Source: the human T2T-CHM13v2.0 reference genome, Homo sapiens. Taken from it: a DNA stretch of 64,000 nucleotides. The notes beneath the pieces were generated by a model. The model did no database searches and was not told where the DNA came from. It saw only the letters and a program-made list of their open reading frames with translations. Shown here piece by piece: positions 40,340 to 54,894 of this stretch. Made by a program: the position numbers and the translations under genes. The stretch's first letter is position 1, and every line of letters begins with the position of its first letter. The stretch lies in the NCBI RefSeq assembly GCF_009914755.1, contig NC_060930.1. The stretch is one strand, 5' to 3'.

Positions 40340-42840
40340 TCTTTCACTTACCTTCAATTTTTTTTTTATATCTGACAGTCTATTTCAAGATACAGGTTTC
40401 TGTTGGGGATCATACTGTTTCTGGAGGAAAAATATTAATTAATTTGTTGTGAAGTGATAGTCTGATGATAATGAATCCTTTCGGCCTATTTTTCTTTTGA
40501 AAGATATTTTCATTTAGACTTTTGTGTTGACAGTTTTTTTAAATATCATTACTTTTAAGGTGTCACTATTGTCTTCTGGTTTACATAGTTTCTGACAAAA
40601 GTCAACTGTTTTTATTTTAGTTTTTATTATAATGTTTTCATATTCTCTGTCTGCCTTCAAGATTATCTACGGTTTGCATCAGTTTTACTATTTTTATTTA
40701 GCACTCTGTCTCTCCCCCATCCCCCACCGCGTTTGTGTGTGTGTATCTGTATGTGTGTGTGTGTTGTACTCATCCTGATTGAGGTTCTCTGAGCTTTGTG
40801 GATTGGTGTATGTTTTTTACCGTTTTTGTAGAAATCTTGGCCTTTATCTTTTCAAAATTTCTTCTTCCTTGTTTTCTATTTTTGCTCTGGAACTCCATTC
40901 ATATTTATGATTGACTGTTTTATGTCTTTTCATAGCTCTTCAGTGTTCTGTTCAGTTTTCCTTTTCTCTAGTTTTTTTCTTATTTTTCGCTTTTATTCCA
41001 AAAGAATTTTTCATCTCTGATATTGTTATTTTGTATTGAGTATACTATTTTTAGAACAGTTTTGTATTAGTTTTAGAACAGTTTAGGGGTTTACAGAAAA
41101 ATTGAGAGATACCTTATTTCCCCTATACATATTTTCTCCTATTATGAATGTCTAATATTAGTGTGGTACATTAACCACAATGATGATCCAATATTGATAC
41201 ATTATTAAGAGTTCATAGATTATATTAGGGTTCTCTCTATGGGTTGTATAGTTGTTTGGGTTTTCACAATTGCATGATGTCATGTATCCACCATTCTAGT
41301 ATCATAGAAAATAGTTTCACTACTCTCAAAATCCCATGTGCTTCACCACTTTCCTCCCCTCCCACATTTATTCCTGATCCTTTTACAGTATTTATAATTT
41401 GCCCTTTTTCATAATGACATAAAGTTAGAATCATACATTATGTACTCTTTCCAGATTGGCCTTCTTCACTTAGCAATATGCATTTAATGTAGCTCCAGTT
41501 CTTTTCATGGTTTGATAGCTTAATTTTTAAATCATTGAGTAAATTTCCATTTTACTGATGTACTGGTTTGTTTATCCATGCACCTATTATAGGATGTGTT
41601 GGGGCTTCCAGCTTTCAACAATTATGAATAAACCTGCTATGAACAATTATATACACAATTTTATGTGATACACATTTCCACCTCATTTGGGTAAATACTA
41701 GATAACATTATTGTTGGACTGTATGGTAAAATTATGTAGAGCTCCATAAGAAAGTGCCAAACTGTCTTCCAAAATGGTTGTGCCATTTTGCATCTCCACC
41801 AGAAATAAATGAGAGTTCCTGTTGCTTCACATTTTCGCCAGCATTTGGTATCATTTGGTATCAAAAAAATATCATTGGTATTTTTTTTTCCCAGAAAGGG
41901 TCTCACTCTCATCACCCAGGATGGAGTTCAGTGGCACAATCTCAGTTCACTGCATGCTCAACTTCCCAGGCTAAGGTGATCTTCCCATCTCAGCCTCCCA
42001 AGTAGCTGGGACTACAGGCGCTTGCCACCATGCCTGGGTAATTTTTGCATTTTTAGAAGATGGCGTTTTGTCATGTTGACCAGGCTGGTCTTGAACTCCT
42101 GGACTCAAGCAATCCACCTGCCTTGACTTCCCAAAGTGCTGGGATTACAGCTGTGAGCCATGGTGCCTGGCCTGCCCATTTTTAAAGGACTTTTTTTCTT
42201 ATTGTTTCATTTAAGAGTTATTTGTGTATTTTGAATATAAGTTTCTTAACATATGCACGTTTCACAAACATTTTATCTCATTTTGTGCTTGTCTTTTTAG
42301 TCCTTCACAATCTCAAACAACAGAAGCTTTAAACTTATAAGTTTCCAACTTATGTTTTTTTTTCTTCTCTCATGGATCAAGCTCTAGTTGCTATATTTAA
42401 AAACTTCATGCCAACCCTAGGTAACTTAGGTTAATAAACACTAAGATTAATATTTCTCCTATGTTAATTTTCAGAAGTTTTATATTTTTGTGTTTTACAT
42501 TTAGATCTATAATTCTTTATGAGTTAATCTTTAGAAAATATGTAAAGTTTATATCTAGATTAATTATTCCTTGTGGATGTCTAGTTATTCCTGCATCATT
42601 TACTTAAAAAACTATTTTATTGAGTTGCCTTTGCTCTTTGTAAATGATCAGTTGACTATATTTTTATGGGTCTATTTCTTGGTTCTCTAGTCTGTTCCAT
42701 TGATTTGTCTATACTTCCAACAATACCATAATAAAGTATAGTAAGTAAGCTTAGATTGTTGGTTTTAGATCCTTTTATCTAATACATGCACTGAATGCCA
42801 TACATTTCCCTATAGGTACTGTTTTCACTGAATCTTACAA
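40340..42840 (-). mobile_element. Old L1M fragments, including an L1MC-like 3' end (from about 41040)
   Basis: tttacagaaaaattgag...catgtatccaccattctagtatcatagaaaatagtttcact...gccaaactgtcttccaaaatggttgtgccattttgca. Confidence 0.75.
41881..42172 (-). mobile_element. AluJ (Jb-like)
   Basis: Poly T, gggtctcactct, gaactcctggactcaagcaatcc; ends cctggcc. Confidence 0.9.
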
Positions 42841-42849
42841 TTTTTTAAA

Positions 42850-45474
42850 TCCCTCTCTCCTTTTGCCCAACCTCTGGTAACCACTATGAGTTCAACACTT
42901 TAGATTCCATATGTAAGTGAAATAATGTGGCATTTGTCTTTCTGTGCCTGGCCTATTTCATTTAGTTCTCCAGTTTCATCCATTTTATTGCAAACGACAG
43001 AATTCTCTTTTTTAAAAAAGGTTGAATAGTATTCCATTGTGTATGTACAGCACATTTTCTTTATCCATTGATGAAATTCATTCATGAAGACTTAGGTTGA
43101 GTCCATATTTTGTCTATCATGAATAATGCTGAAATGAAAATGGAGATGCAGATATACTTTTAACATATTGATTTCCATTCTTTCGGATATGTATTCAGAA
43201 GTAGATATGCTGGATCATATGGCATTTCTATTTTTAGTTTTTAGAGGAACCTCCATACCATTTTCCATATGGATTTACTAAGTTACATTCCCACCAGCAA
43301 TTTACATGAGTTCCCTTTTTTCTCCATGTCCATGCCAACATTGGTTCTCTTTCTTTTTTGTTTTAAATAAAAGCCATTCTAATGAGAGAGAATTAATTGT
43401 GGTTTTAATTTGCATTTCCCTAGTTATTAGTGATGTTGAGCATTTTTTCATATACCTATCGACCATTTGCATGTCTTCTTTTGAAAAATGTCTGATTTTA
43501 TTTCCCATTTTTAAATTAGGTTGTTTTCTTTTGTTTGAGTTGTTTCAGTTTCTTAAATATTTTGGATATTAACCCCTTATCAGATGTATGATTCACAAAT
43601 ATTTTCTCCCATTCTTTGGGTTGCCTCTTCACTTTATTAATTAGTTCCTTTGATATGCAGAAATTTTTAGTTTGATGCTATCTCATTTGTTTATATTTGC
43701 TTTTGTTATCTGTGCTTTCAGAGTTATATTAAAAAAATTATTGGCCAAACCAATGTAATGGAGATTGTTGGCTATGTTTTCTTTTAGTAGGTTTACAGTT
43801 TCAGGTTTTATATTAATTTTCAAAATTTGTTTTGAGTTAATTTTTGTATATGGTATGAGACAGGGATCCAATATCATTCGTGTGTCTGGATAGCCAGTTT
43901 TTCCAGCATCACTGATTGGGGAGACTATCCTTTCTCTATTGTGTAGTCTTGGCACCTGTGTAAAAAATCGATTAAGCATAAATATGTGGGCTTTTTTTTG
44001 GGTTTTCTATCCTGTTCCATTGGTTGATGTGTCTCTCTTTTTATGCTAGTATCATGCTGTTTTTATTATAATTGCTTTATAATGTGCTTTGTAATAAGAA
44101 AACGTAATGGTGTCAGTTTTGTTATTGCCACTTAGGATTTTTTTCCTATTCAGGGTATTTTGTAGTTCCATCCAAATTTAAGATAATTTTTTTATTTTCA
44201 TGAAAAACACCATGACTAATTGGTATTTATGCTGTTTCAAGTATGGTTCAATGTACACAAAAAATAAATGCAGGATACCAATTAAATAAAATTAAGAAAA
44301 ATTATATGAAATCATCTCAATAGATGCCAAAAAACCTCATGTTAAAATTCAACTGCCCATAATGATCAAAAGAAAACTTTCAAAAGATTAAGCATAAAGG
44401 GAATGTACCTCAACACAGTTAAGGTCAAATATAACAAACATATAGCTAACATCATTCTCAATGATGAAATGTTGAAAGCTTTTTCTCTAAGATCAAGGAT
44501 AAGCATGTCCATCCTCACCACTTCTTTTTAACATTGTATTGGAAGATGTAGCCAGAGCAATTAGGCAAAAGAAATAAATGAAAAGTATTCTAATAGAAAA
44601 TGAAGAATTGAACTGTCTCTATTTGCTGGCCTGGTAATCTCATATATAGAAAATGCTAAAGATTCCACCAAAAAACTATTAGAACTGATAAATGCACTTA
44701 GCAAATTTACAGGATATACTTTCAACACAAAAAATCAATAACATTTCTATATGCTAATAACTACCCAAAATAATATTTAAAAATATTTATATCTAATATA
44801 TTTATATTTATTAAATATATTAATATATTTATATTTAGTTTTATAAATAGATTTATATTTATAAGAATATTTAAATATTCTTTTGGATAGTTACTATAAA
44901 TCCCATTTACAGTAGCATCAATAAAAATATTACAACATGTATATTTAACCAAGGAGGTAAAAGACCTGTATATTGAAAACTTTAAAACACTCATGAAGGA
45001 ATTGAATAAAACAAAAATAAATGGAAATATATGCCATTTTGATATGGTTTGGCTGAGTCTCTACCCAAATCTCATCTTGAATTCCTACATGTTGTGGGAG
45101 GGACCTGATGGGAAGTAATTGAATCATGGGGACAGGTCTTTCCTGTGTTGCTCTCATTATACTGAATAAGTTTCACAAGATCTGATCATTTTAAAGAGGA
45201 GAGTTTCCCTGCACAACCTCTCTTCTCTTGTCTGCCGCCATGTGAGATGTGCCTTTCACTTTCCCCTGTGATTGTGAGGCCTCCCCAGCCACGTGGAACT
45301 GTAAGTCTGTTAAAACTCTTTCTTTTGTAATTTGCCCAGTCTTGGTTATGTCTTTATCAGCAGCATGAAAACAGACTAATACAAATGTTATTGATAGAAA
45401 TAATTAATATTGTGAAAATGTTCATGTGACTCAAAGCCATCTACAGATTCAGTGCAAGCCCTATAAAAATTTCA
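42850..45474. mobile_element. L1MA-type element with a 5' inversion (minus strand 42850-44213, plus strand 44208-45474)
   Basis: The two opposite-strand pieces are contiguous in L1 ORF2 coordinates (see finding). Confidence 0.75.
45040..45383 (+). mobile_element. THE1B/C-like solo LTR inside L1
   Basis: tgatatggtttggctg...gtaattgaatcatgggg...gagtttccctgcac...cagactaataca. Confidence 0.9.
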
Positions 45475-45777
45475 GCTTTCTTTTGATTAGTCTTAGCATG
45501 GTATATCTTTTTATATCTCTTCTATCATTCACTTTTGAAAACATTAATCTCTCTCATTGAAACAATAACTGCCAAATTTGTAACAGTTTTCTATTTGTGG
45601 CAGTTTTTCTTTGTTTCTTACTTTTAAAAAACATATTGTCCCTTTTTTCTGTGTCTTCTGGATCCAGTGGTGCATCTTATATAACTCCATTTGATCTCTC
45701 TTTGTGTATACTATCCTTCCTTTTTGAAAAATATTGATTGCTCTAGAGTTTGCAGTATGTATTTACACTAATCCAAG

Positions 45778-47225
45778 TGCTATGGAATCCTTGGGCTGTC
45801 ACTTTGCCAGCCAGAAAACTCTGTGGCCAGTGGTGCCGTTGCCCAAGTCTTGGTCAGGGCCACTGGGCCCACTTGGCATGGCAGGCTGTGCTCAGCTCAT
45901 GCTACTGGCCTAGATCCCATGCCTGCCAAGGTTGAGCAGAGTGGCAAGGGTTTTGTCAGCAAGCGAGTGTGGGGTCGGGCCACTGCACACAGCCAGGCAC
46001 ACTGACTGTGGCAGGGCTGGAAGCTCCAGGCACCAGCACTGGTGTCGGCTCCCTGTGTGGTTGTGACTGGGCCAGAAGTACTGCAAGCAGCTTCCATGGC
46101 TGGTACCAGGGAATGCAGTAGCACCTGGAAGTTGGATACACCAGGACCTGCAGAGCCCCAAAGAGGGTGTTGCAGCCCTAGCTTGGGGAGCTCCTAGGTT
46201 CGGGCTCCCTGAAGGGCCACAGCTGTTTTCTCTTTCTTGTTGCCTGCAACATGGTGAGCAAGGGGTGTTTTTCAGCCCTGTTTGTGTTACAGCTCTTTCA
46301 GCTCTGCCACTCAGTGGGTCCTGAGTTCTTGTCCCATGCCCAGGAAGAAAGAGGTAGGTAGACAAGTGGAGGATGAGCAAGGTGAAGAAGAGCTTTATTG
46401 AGCAATAGAACAGCTCAGAGGAGACCAACAGTGGATAGCTCCTCTTAGCAGGCAGGTCGTCCCATCATGTCCTGGAGTCTGATTGAGTTCTGGGTTTCCG
46501 CCTGCCTCAGAGGAAAGGAAGTGTGTGCTGATTGGACTATGGGTGGCTATGGGCAGGCCCAGAAAAAGCACCATAAGTTCCTGCTCCGGTCTACAGTACT
46601 GACAACCCAGACCCCAGGCTTCAGGCCTTCCTGGCTTAAAGGTGGGGCTTCACTGGGTACCTGCCCCTTTCCACCCAGGAACTTGTCTGCCTTCTGCCAC
46701 TGTTCATGGTGTCCAGGCTGTTCATGCCCAGGGGTTCTGGCAGGCCAGTGCGGAACTGCCCTTAGCCCCTGCCTCAGATTCCCTCCCATGCTCGTTGGTG
46801 CCCAAAGTCCAGAGGGGGCTGAGGCGGCAGGGGACTGGCATGTCAGTGCTCCCCTGAGCATGCCCACACACAGCTGGGTTGCAACAGCACACGGGCTTGG
46901 CCTCAACTCAACTCTGCTCACTGGAGGGGGCACAAGGAACAGGAAGAAGCCAGGCAGCAGGAGCAGGCACCTCTGAGCCAGTGAGGTCAGGGGTGCTTCC
47001 CAGTCCCGAGAGTGCAGAGATGCCCGGGTCCACAGCCATGGCTTGGGTGGCTGCAGGTGTACCTGGGAAGGTGTGGCTCCTGACTGCTCCCAGCCCCCAA
47101 GAGCTCAGGGATGCCTGGGTTAACAGCCATGGCTGGACAGCCTCAGCTGCAGCTGGGGAAGGCAAGGCTTCCACCCTGCCATCTCAGAAAAGGGCAGGGC
47201 TTTCACCTGGTCCTAACTCCTATCA
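45778..47225 (-). mobile_element. MER52-family (ERV1) GC-rich solo LTR, about 1.45 kb
   Basis: TG...CA termini; perfect 4-bp TSD CAAG (45774-45777 and 47226-47229); AATAAA on the minus strand at 46394-46399. Removing it restores the flanking L1M. Confidence 0.85.
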
Positions 47226-47229
47226 CAAG

Positions 47230-49700
47230 TCCACTTTTAAATAAATTTTTTCAAAGGGATTTTCTGAACCTTATAATATAACATTCCCACTTCCTCCCTC
47301 TCATCACTTATTACATTGCTGTCATTCATTTCACTTATCCACAATGTACATAATACATCTTTGCTATTATTAACAATTTTAAGACTTTGAACACTTTTAA
47401 GAAGATATTTTGTTTTACCTTCATTTACTCCTCTAATGCTTCTTTCTTTACATAGATTTTGGTTTCTGACCATGCTTCTTTCTTTACGTAGATTTCAATT
47501 TCTGAACAATATCATTTTTTCTTCTCTCCGAATAATTTTTTAACATCGTTTGCAAAATAGTTTACTGGTGACAAATTATCTGCTTTATTATTTAAAGAAA
47601 GTCTTTATTTCTCTTTAATTTTTGAACGATAATTTTGCTAGACAGTGACTTCTAGGCTGGTGATATTTTTCTCTCAACACTTTAAATATTTCATCTCACT
47701 CTCTTTCTACTTGTCTGTTTTCGCATGTGAAGTCAGGTGCAATGCCTATTCTTGTTTTCCTATAGGTGAGGTGGTCTTTCATTTCCCCCTCTGGGTCTTT
47801 TTAAGAGTTTATCTATGTTTTTCTGTAATGAATTCTGCTTCTGTTCAGCTGCAATTCTCTGAATTCATTGGTTTCTCTAGTTTTGTGTATGAAGGTTTGT
47901 CTTGTCACCTCAATTATCTGGTGGACTTCAGTTGTTTTTCAGCTATTCATTTTGTTGTTGTTTCAATGATTATGGGAGTGATGACCTCAGCTTTTTACGT
48001 GTAAGAGCAGAAAACAATTTTTGATATTGCTCAATATTTCTAAATTTTCCATTTGACTCTTTCTTATTCCTACATTTCTGCTATAATTGTTCATCTTTTC
48101 ACTCATATTATCTTTTGTTTCCCCAAGGTCTTTTAATATATTAATTATAGTTATTCTTAACTTCCTATTAAATAGTTCCAACATATGGAGTAAACATTCA
48201 GTCTTGTTCTGTGGATTACTCCTCCTCTGTGCAATGGCTGAGGTTTTTAAAAATTATTATTATTTTTTTTTTTGCTACTTCTATTTTTACTGAATGCCAG
48301 GCATTCGTATGTAATGGCACAGACTGAGGTGAATACTCTTCATAACTGAATAAGAAAATATATTATTCAATTTTCTGCTAATTTACATTGTTTCTGACAA
48401 GAAATCAAAGTTAATTCTAAGTGTTTATATGTATATATTCAAATATAATTTGGCTACTTTTAAGATAGTTTCCTTATCATTGATTTCCATGAGACTTTGT
48501 GATACGTTCTCTGTATTTATTCCATTTAAAGTTGTGTTGGGATTTTGGAATTCTGGATATGTTGTTTTCAGCAAATTTAGAAAAAGGATTGGCCAATAGT
48601 TTTTAAAGTACTTCTTCTGCTCTAATATTTTAATCCTCTCAAATGTTAATTCCATTATTCTTTTATTAGCTCATGTAATATTGTCCCATAGGTTACTGGG
48701 TCTATACATATTTTTAACTTTTTCTTCTCTGTCTGCTTTAATTTGAAATTTGAATATTCAAATTCCCACATATTTTCTTCGCCATGCATTGTACTATTAC
48801 TTTCATCCATTTTAGTTTTAGAAAGCATATTATATTTTCATTATCAAGAAATTATTCTGAGTTCTTTCCCTTTCTCTGTTGAGACTTTTACCTATTTATT
48901 CATTATTCCCACTAGTTTCTTTACATTTTTAAACATTTTTGCAATATCTGTTTTAAGTAGCACATGGCAATTCAAATGTCTATATTCTCTGAATCTGTTT
49001 CTATTATCTGTTTTACTTCCCAGATATAGATCACACTTTTTTTCTTCACATACTTTTTAAAAAATTTTATGCTGAATAGTAAAGATATCACAGTATATAA
49101 GGTTTGCATATTTTATTCCTTTAAAAATTGTTCAGTTTGAGCTGGTGGGCTGTTAATTGCTAGTGGCCTGACTTGTTGCTTATCAAGCCTCCTTTGGGTG
49201 CACTTAGAATAGCTCTCATTATATAGCAATAGTAGCTTTATTTTTAAGTCATGATCATCTTTCAACTCTGGCTGGTCAGATATTCATCTTTCAACACTCT
49301 GTGGACTCTAAACCTGCCATTTATCTCATAGTTTTCCAGGAATTTTCTGAAAACCCTTATAGACTGTTGTCTATGAAAGTGCAGGTTTGCATTCAACCAA
49401 AAATCTAGGGCTCGTGCATATTTTAAATTATTATTTTTTTCCTGAGAAGCCGCCTCCTTTCTAATACCTTCCCTGTAAGTCCAACTTTCCAAAATTTCCA
49501 AATCAACCCTGTAATCTGATCTCTATTATCTGTATGGATTCTAATTCCCTATGCTACATTTTGGAAACTAGCTTAGAAAGCAAATTGGTTTCAATGTGAC
49601 AATCATCTCATGTGTTTCTCTTGTGTCACACATCAGTTTGTAGGTCCATTGAAAAGCCTTTAAAATATATTTTATCCAGGTTTTATTTGTATACAGCAGA
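47230..49700 (-). mobile_element. Old L1M ORF1/5' region fragments
   Basis: aaagtctttatttctc...gataattttgct; ctttaaatatttcatctcactctct. Minus-strand ORFs 47987..48184 and 48425..48655 resemble L1 ORF1p. Confidence 0.65.
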
Positions 49701-49942
49701 AGAGTAAGTCCAATGACTGATTATCAGTTGGATCCAAAAGTCTGGTTACTAATCATAAGTCATACATAGATCTATTAAATGGGATTTTGCTAAATGGAAG
49801 GATATGTTTTTGTGACCTCATCCACTGTCCCCCTTGGTACTGGCTAAATTATATTTTTAGATTTATATTAAAAGAGAGTTTCATAGGCCAAATCAGAGCT
49901 AAGTTGGCACAAGTGCTATTGAGAAGGCAAAAATAATTTTGA

Positions 49943-50262
<320 letters not shown>

Positions 50263-50332
50263 CAGAAGTGCTATGACTAATGGACTCATCTGAGATTGAG
50301 AACTTTAAGTTGACTTAGAAAGGTTAATAATG

Positions 50333-50622
50333 GGGCAGGCGCAGTGGCTCACGTCTGTAATCCCAGCACTTTGGGAGGCTGAGGCAGTTGGATCACCTGA
50401 GGTCAGGAGTTTGAGACCAGCCTGGCCAACATGGTGAAACCCCGTCTCTACTAAAAATACAAAAATTAGCTAGGCACAGTGGTGGGCATCTGTAATCCCA
50501 GCTATTCAGGAGGCTGAGGCTAATTGCTTGCACCTGAGAGGCAGAGGTTGCAGTGAGCCTAGATAGCGCCATTGCACTCCAGCCTGGGCAACAAGAAGGA
50601 AATCCTGTCTCAAAAAAAGAAA
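50333..50622 (+). mobile_element. AluSq/Sx-like
   Basis: gatcacctgaggtcaggag, cctgggcaacaag; TSD ttaataatg on both sides. Confidence 0.93.
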
Positions 50623-53600
50623 TTAATAATGTTATTTGAAGATATCTAGATTCTCTATAGACCCAACTTTTCTGTCTTAGGATATTGGTTACTTTATAAC
50701 AATCTATATATTTATTCAAAAGCCAATTATCTAGGGATATTTCTGGGCTGTGAACAAAAATATCTTTCTACTTTCAAGTAACTCAAATAAATACCAAGGT
50801 GTGGAAATAAAAAATTGCATATATATACACACATAAAATCTAAGAAATTTGAGATTATGGTAAGTACTGTTAAGAAAGTAAAAGAGATCATATAATAGAT
50901 ATTAAATCAGTTTATAAAGAGGAAGGACTATAGGAGGTGATTTCTAAGAAGGCAATATATGAGCTGATGTCTAAAGAAGCCAAGTATGTGAACGCCATTA
51001 GAAATGCACCCCAGGCATAGAGGAGAAAAAACGAAGTGTTTTCTAAAGAGTGAGTGATTTTTAGATATGTTACAGGAAACAAACAAAATAAAGTTTAATA
51101 TAGGTGTGCATTGGAATGCATATATTGAAAAAGTTGTCAGTGTCCAAGTCTTATAAGCCTTTTCAGTCATGTTAAGAAATTAACTTTTATTTTAAGCACA
51201 GCAGGAAAATCACTGAAGGGTTTATAGGGGTAAAGTTATTTATTAAATGTATATTTAAAATTATGTTCATTTTTTTCTGCTATCTGGAAAAGGGAAGGTA
51301 AGAATGTAGAAACACAGATATCTGTTGGGAATCTAGATTTTAGGACTCAATGAAGGATAATGATACCCTAGACTGATATAGCTGCAATAAAGGGAAGAAG
51401 TAAACTAATTAAGATTATTTCATTGTGTAAACTAATAGAACTTTGTGATGGATTGGATGTGGGAATGAAGTAGAGATCAGAATCACATATGGTTCCAAGA
51501 TTTATGGTGTGGTATTTACGGAAGCTTTTACTGAAGTGGAACAGAAATCAGAAATTTTAAAAAATTAATTACAGACAGTTTGGAGATTCTTTAAATTGAA
51601 AGTGTTAAGTAAAAGATTATGATTTATTACCAGAAACTACTTCTTGTCTATTTTTTGATTCTCATAATCTTATTTTTATTACCATATTACATTTAGCAAT
51701 CTGCTTAAACTGTGTCATCCATTCTTTGCATGTTCATGAAAATACATGCAATCTGTCTGGAGAGATGATAAAAGTTAAATCTTTATCATGATTATTTGGA
51801 ATTTACTGATACTGGATTTCTTTCACTTTAAAGAAAATTGCCTCTTTCTATTTTAGTGAAATATTTAATACAGTCCTACTACAGTTGATTAATTGCATCC
51901 TATAGGCAACAACAAATTTGAATGTCTCTCTTAGACCTTGAGATCTGTTTCAATCACCAAAATTATTTGGTTGTCATTTTATAAAGTAGAGATATAAGAA
52001 TGAATAGCTTCTCAGGTTTTTTATTTAAATTTACCAATATAGGTCATGCTTCCCTATGGTTTATTATTTATTCAACAGCCTTTAAAATATTTAAAGCAAT
52101 AGAATTTTTCTGCCTGTATTGAAGGAACATTAAATGTGCTAAAAAGGCCTCTAGTTAGATATAATTTTTATGATTCCCAAACTGTTTTTTATTTTTTAGT
52201 TATCATTCCTGCTATTAGAGTTCTACCATTGAATTAAGTTATTAGATAATATTTGTAGTTCTACTTTATATTAATAAAATATATTTTTGTCCAAATATAT
52301 CTTTAAAGATGAAATTTGTGATTTTTTTCAATGACAAGTTCTGCTATAAAACAAATACTTTAAAGTTGCTCCACTGTCCTGAGAATGTTAATTTTCCAAT
52401 TTCAATAAAAAGAGCAGATGGTTAACATTAAGAGTGATGAAACAGGAGATTTAAATGGTTTTACAATAAAAAATGAAAACAAACTCAGTTCATCATTAGT
52501 TAAAAGTTACACAATTGATCTATCACCTTCATATTCCAAAAATGTATACATATGCCTGGTAAGAAGGTAAATTTATTTTCTGGGTGTGGAATACAGAAGA
52601 ACTTTTAAAGGGAGAAAATATTTTAGAAAGGAGAACTCACTATGCATAAATAAATTTAGAACATAGCTATCATTCAATAAATGTTAATTAAATCCAGATA
52701 TTTAATTTGAGGCATAAAAATATCAAAGAGACCATGTGTCTTATTTTATTTCCAGCTTTAGATGACCGATTTCCTACAAACTTATTAAAAGTTTATAGAG
52801 AATTTGTTCATTTGTTTGTTTTTATTTTAGTTTTCTACAGATGAATTATGTTTCAGAAAATGCCAAACCTGAATTTCAGTCTCAAATCCTCTACCATCTT
52901 TTTCACCTAATACAACTTATTTAAATTTGTCCTGTCTTCTCAAGTGTAAGGTGGAAATATGCTTAATTCAGAATGTTGAGATATCAAATGACAAATGCCT
53001 TCAAATTGGTCCACAGTAGGAACTCACAAACATTCTATCTTTTTCCTATTGCTTTTCTTGACTAACCTATCAGGCAGGTGATCCTATGACACATAGAGCA
53101 AAAATCTGTCCATGTCCTCAAAAACCATTATCAATATTCCATTGTCAATGAAATCTGAGTTCTCTATAGATGCTTATCTTCTTAGCCTGTTTATCTTATC
53201 TTTGATGGCAGGAGTTATGTTCTAGATGTTACTTGTATTATTATAGTATGTGGTCCAATATTCATTTACTAAACCAAGCTGTTTTTATCTCTGAATTTTC
53301 TGTAATATTGATAAAAACTTCCTTTGCTTGAACTTCCAGAAAATTCCAAGTCTATGTTAGAAAGCCATACAAAATTAAATTCTACTTTTGAAAATAAGCC
53401 TTCAGACTAAGTGAATTGTAATTATTTGTGTATATTTCCTGGTCTTTTATCTTCAATCAACACTTGTTATAAAATGAACTTTCATTAGACCACTGACATT
53501 AGACAAGCTTCACTAAAAGTATCATTAATTTTGATTTTATTTCTTAAATAAAAAGCCTGTGGATAATTAAAACCCTTGTATATCATTTAGAAAAAGCTCT

Positions 53601-54894
53601 AATACCATGGATTGTTCGAATACTCATAAAATATATAAAGAAAAGATGGCATATTTCAAAATCTTGAAAACATTGTCTTTATTAATTCATTTACATATCA
53701 TTTTAATCTTATTTAAATTATATTTTTATTTTAAAAAATCACTTCAAGTCTTCTGATGTTAGTATTTGTTTGTTTATTTTTAAATACTTATTGAACCCTT
53801 TGAATGTGACAAGTGTGGTTTTTAATCCTGGAAATTCACTTGTGAATAAACACAAATATTTCTGTACTCATGTAGAATTGGATATTTTTTTCTCATTTTC
53901 ATAGTGACAATTTTTTCTAACTTATTAAAACATAAATGCATGTTACAAAATATTAATGGAGAAAGCATGTAAAATGTCACTAAATGTAAATTTTCTGTTA
54001 CAGCTTCGTTATACCTAAATACAAAGCCAATGTTTCCAATGATTATGTAATCTTATATAACTCCATCATATTCAATTAACTATGAATTATACCCTAATCT
54101 ATGACTTATGTGGCTAGACTATTACACAAAACATTTAGGTATTATTCTTAGAATTAATAAATTTTTGTATTGGTTACTTGATAAAATTCTTGCTGTATCA
54201 ACTAAGTGGGTTGGATTGATTATACATAATAAACCAGAGAAGGTCTCCATATGGAAGGAGGATATTCAGAAAAGTTCAAAGATGGGGGAGAATACTATTT
54301 TCTAGGAAGATTAAACATTTTGTCATTTCATTACAGGAACATATTTTTCTGAAGGTGTTGATTAAATTATACAAACAGGCCATCAGGTTAAAAAGAATTA
54401 CAATTTGAGTACTACCTTTGGAATTTTTCTATCATTCTTTACATGATTACTACAAACGGACTTGCACGAGACTTTTTAAGCTCAGTGTTCTTTCCCTTTT
54501 GATTTTCCCCAGTAAATAATAATATTTCACTGTCTAAAGACTTCTGACTAAATATACTTAATTGAATAAGTAAGAGCCTTTTAATCCTTTAAACTGTAAT
54601 TTATTAATTAGGTAATATGCTAGAAATTGAGTTTTCTTAGATCTCAGTTGTGACTTCTCAGTTATCATTTTATCATACCTTACACTTCATTTTATATTTT
54701 ATATGAAAGGATTCTCTTATCTACTTATCACTCAGATACATCAAGGGAGTGGCTCTATGTCTTGTGAGCTTAACAGAAATAACTACCATGTTCCATAAAC
54801 ATGAACATTTGTTCAGACTATTATAATCCATGCTCAGATGTTTTTATTTATTCTGAATTAACGAAAAATACAAGTTCCTCAATCTCATCTAATT

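Noticed and set aside
44770-44880. AT-only stretch and the Ile/Asn-rich ORF 44761..44994
   Set aside because: Low-complexity expansion inside L1 with no regular period and no coding signal.
45750-47244. Cluster of overlapping 60-172 aa ORFs on both strands
   Set aside because: All lie in a GC-rich solo LTR where stop codons are rare; no protein motifs.
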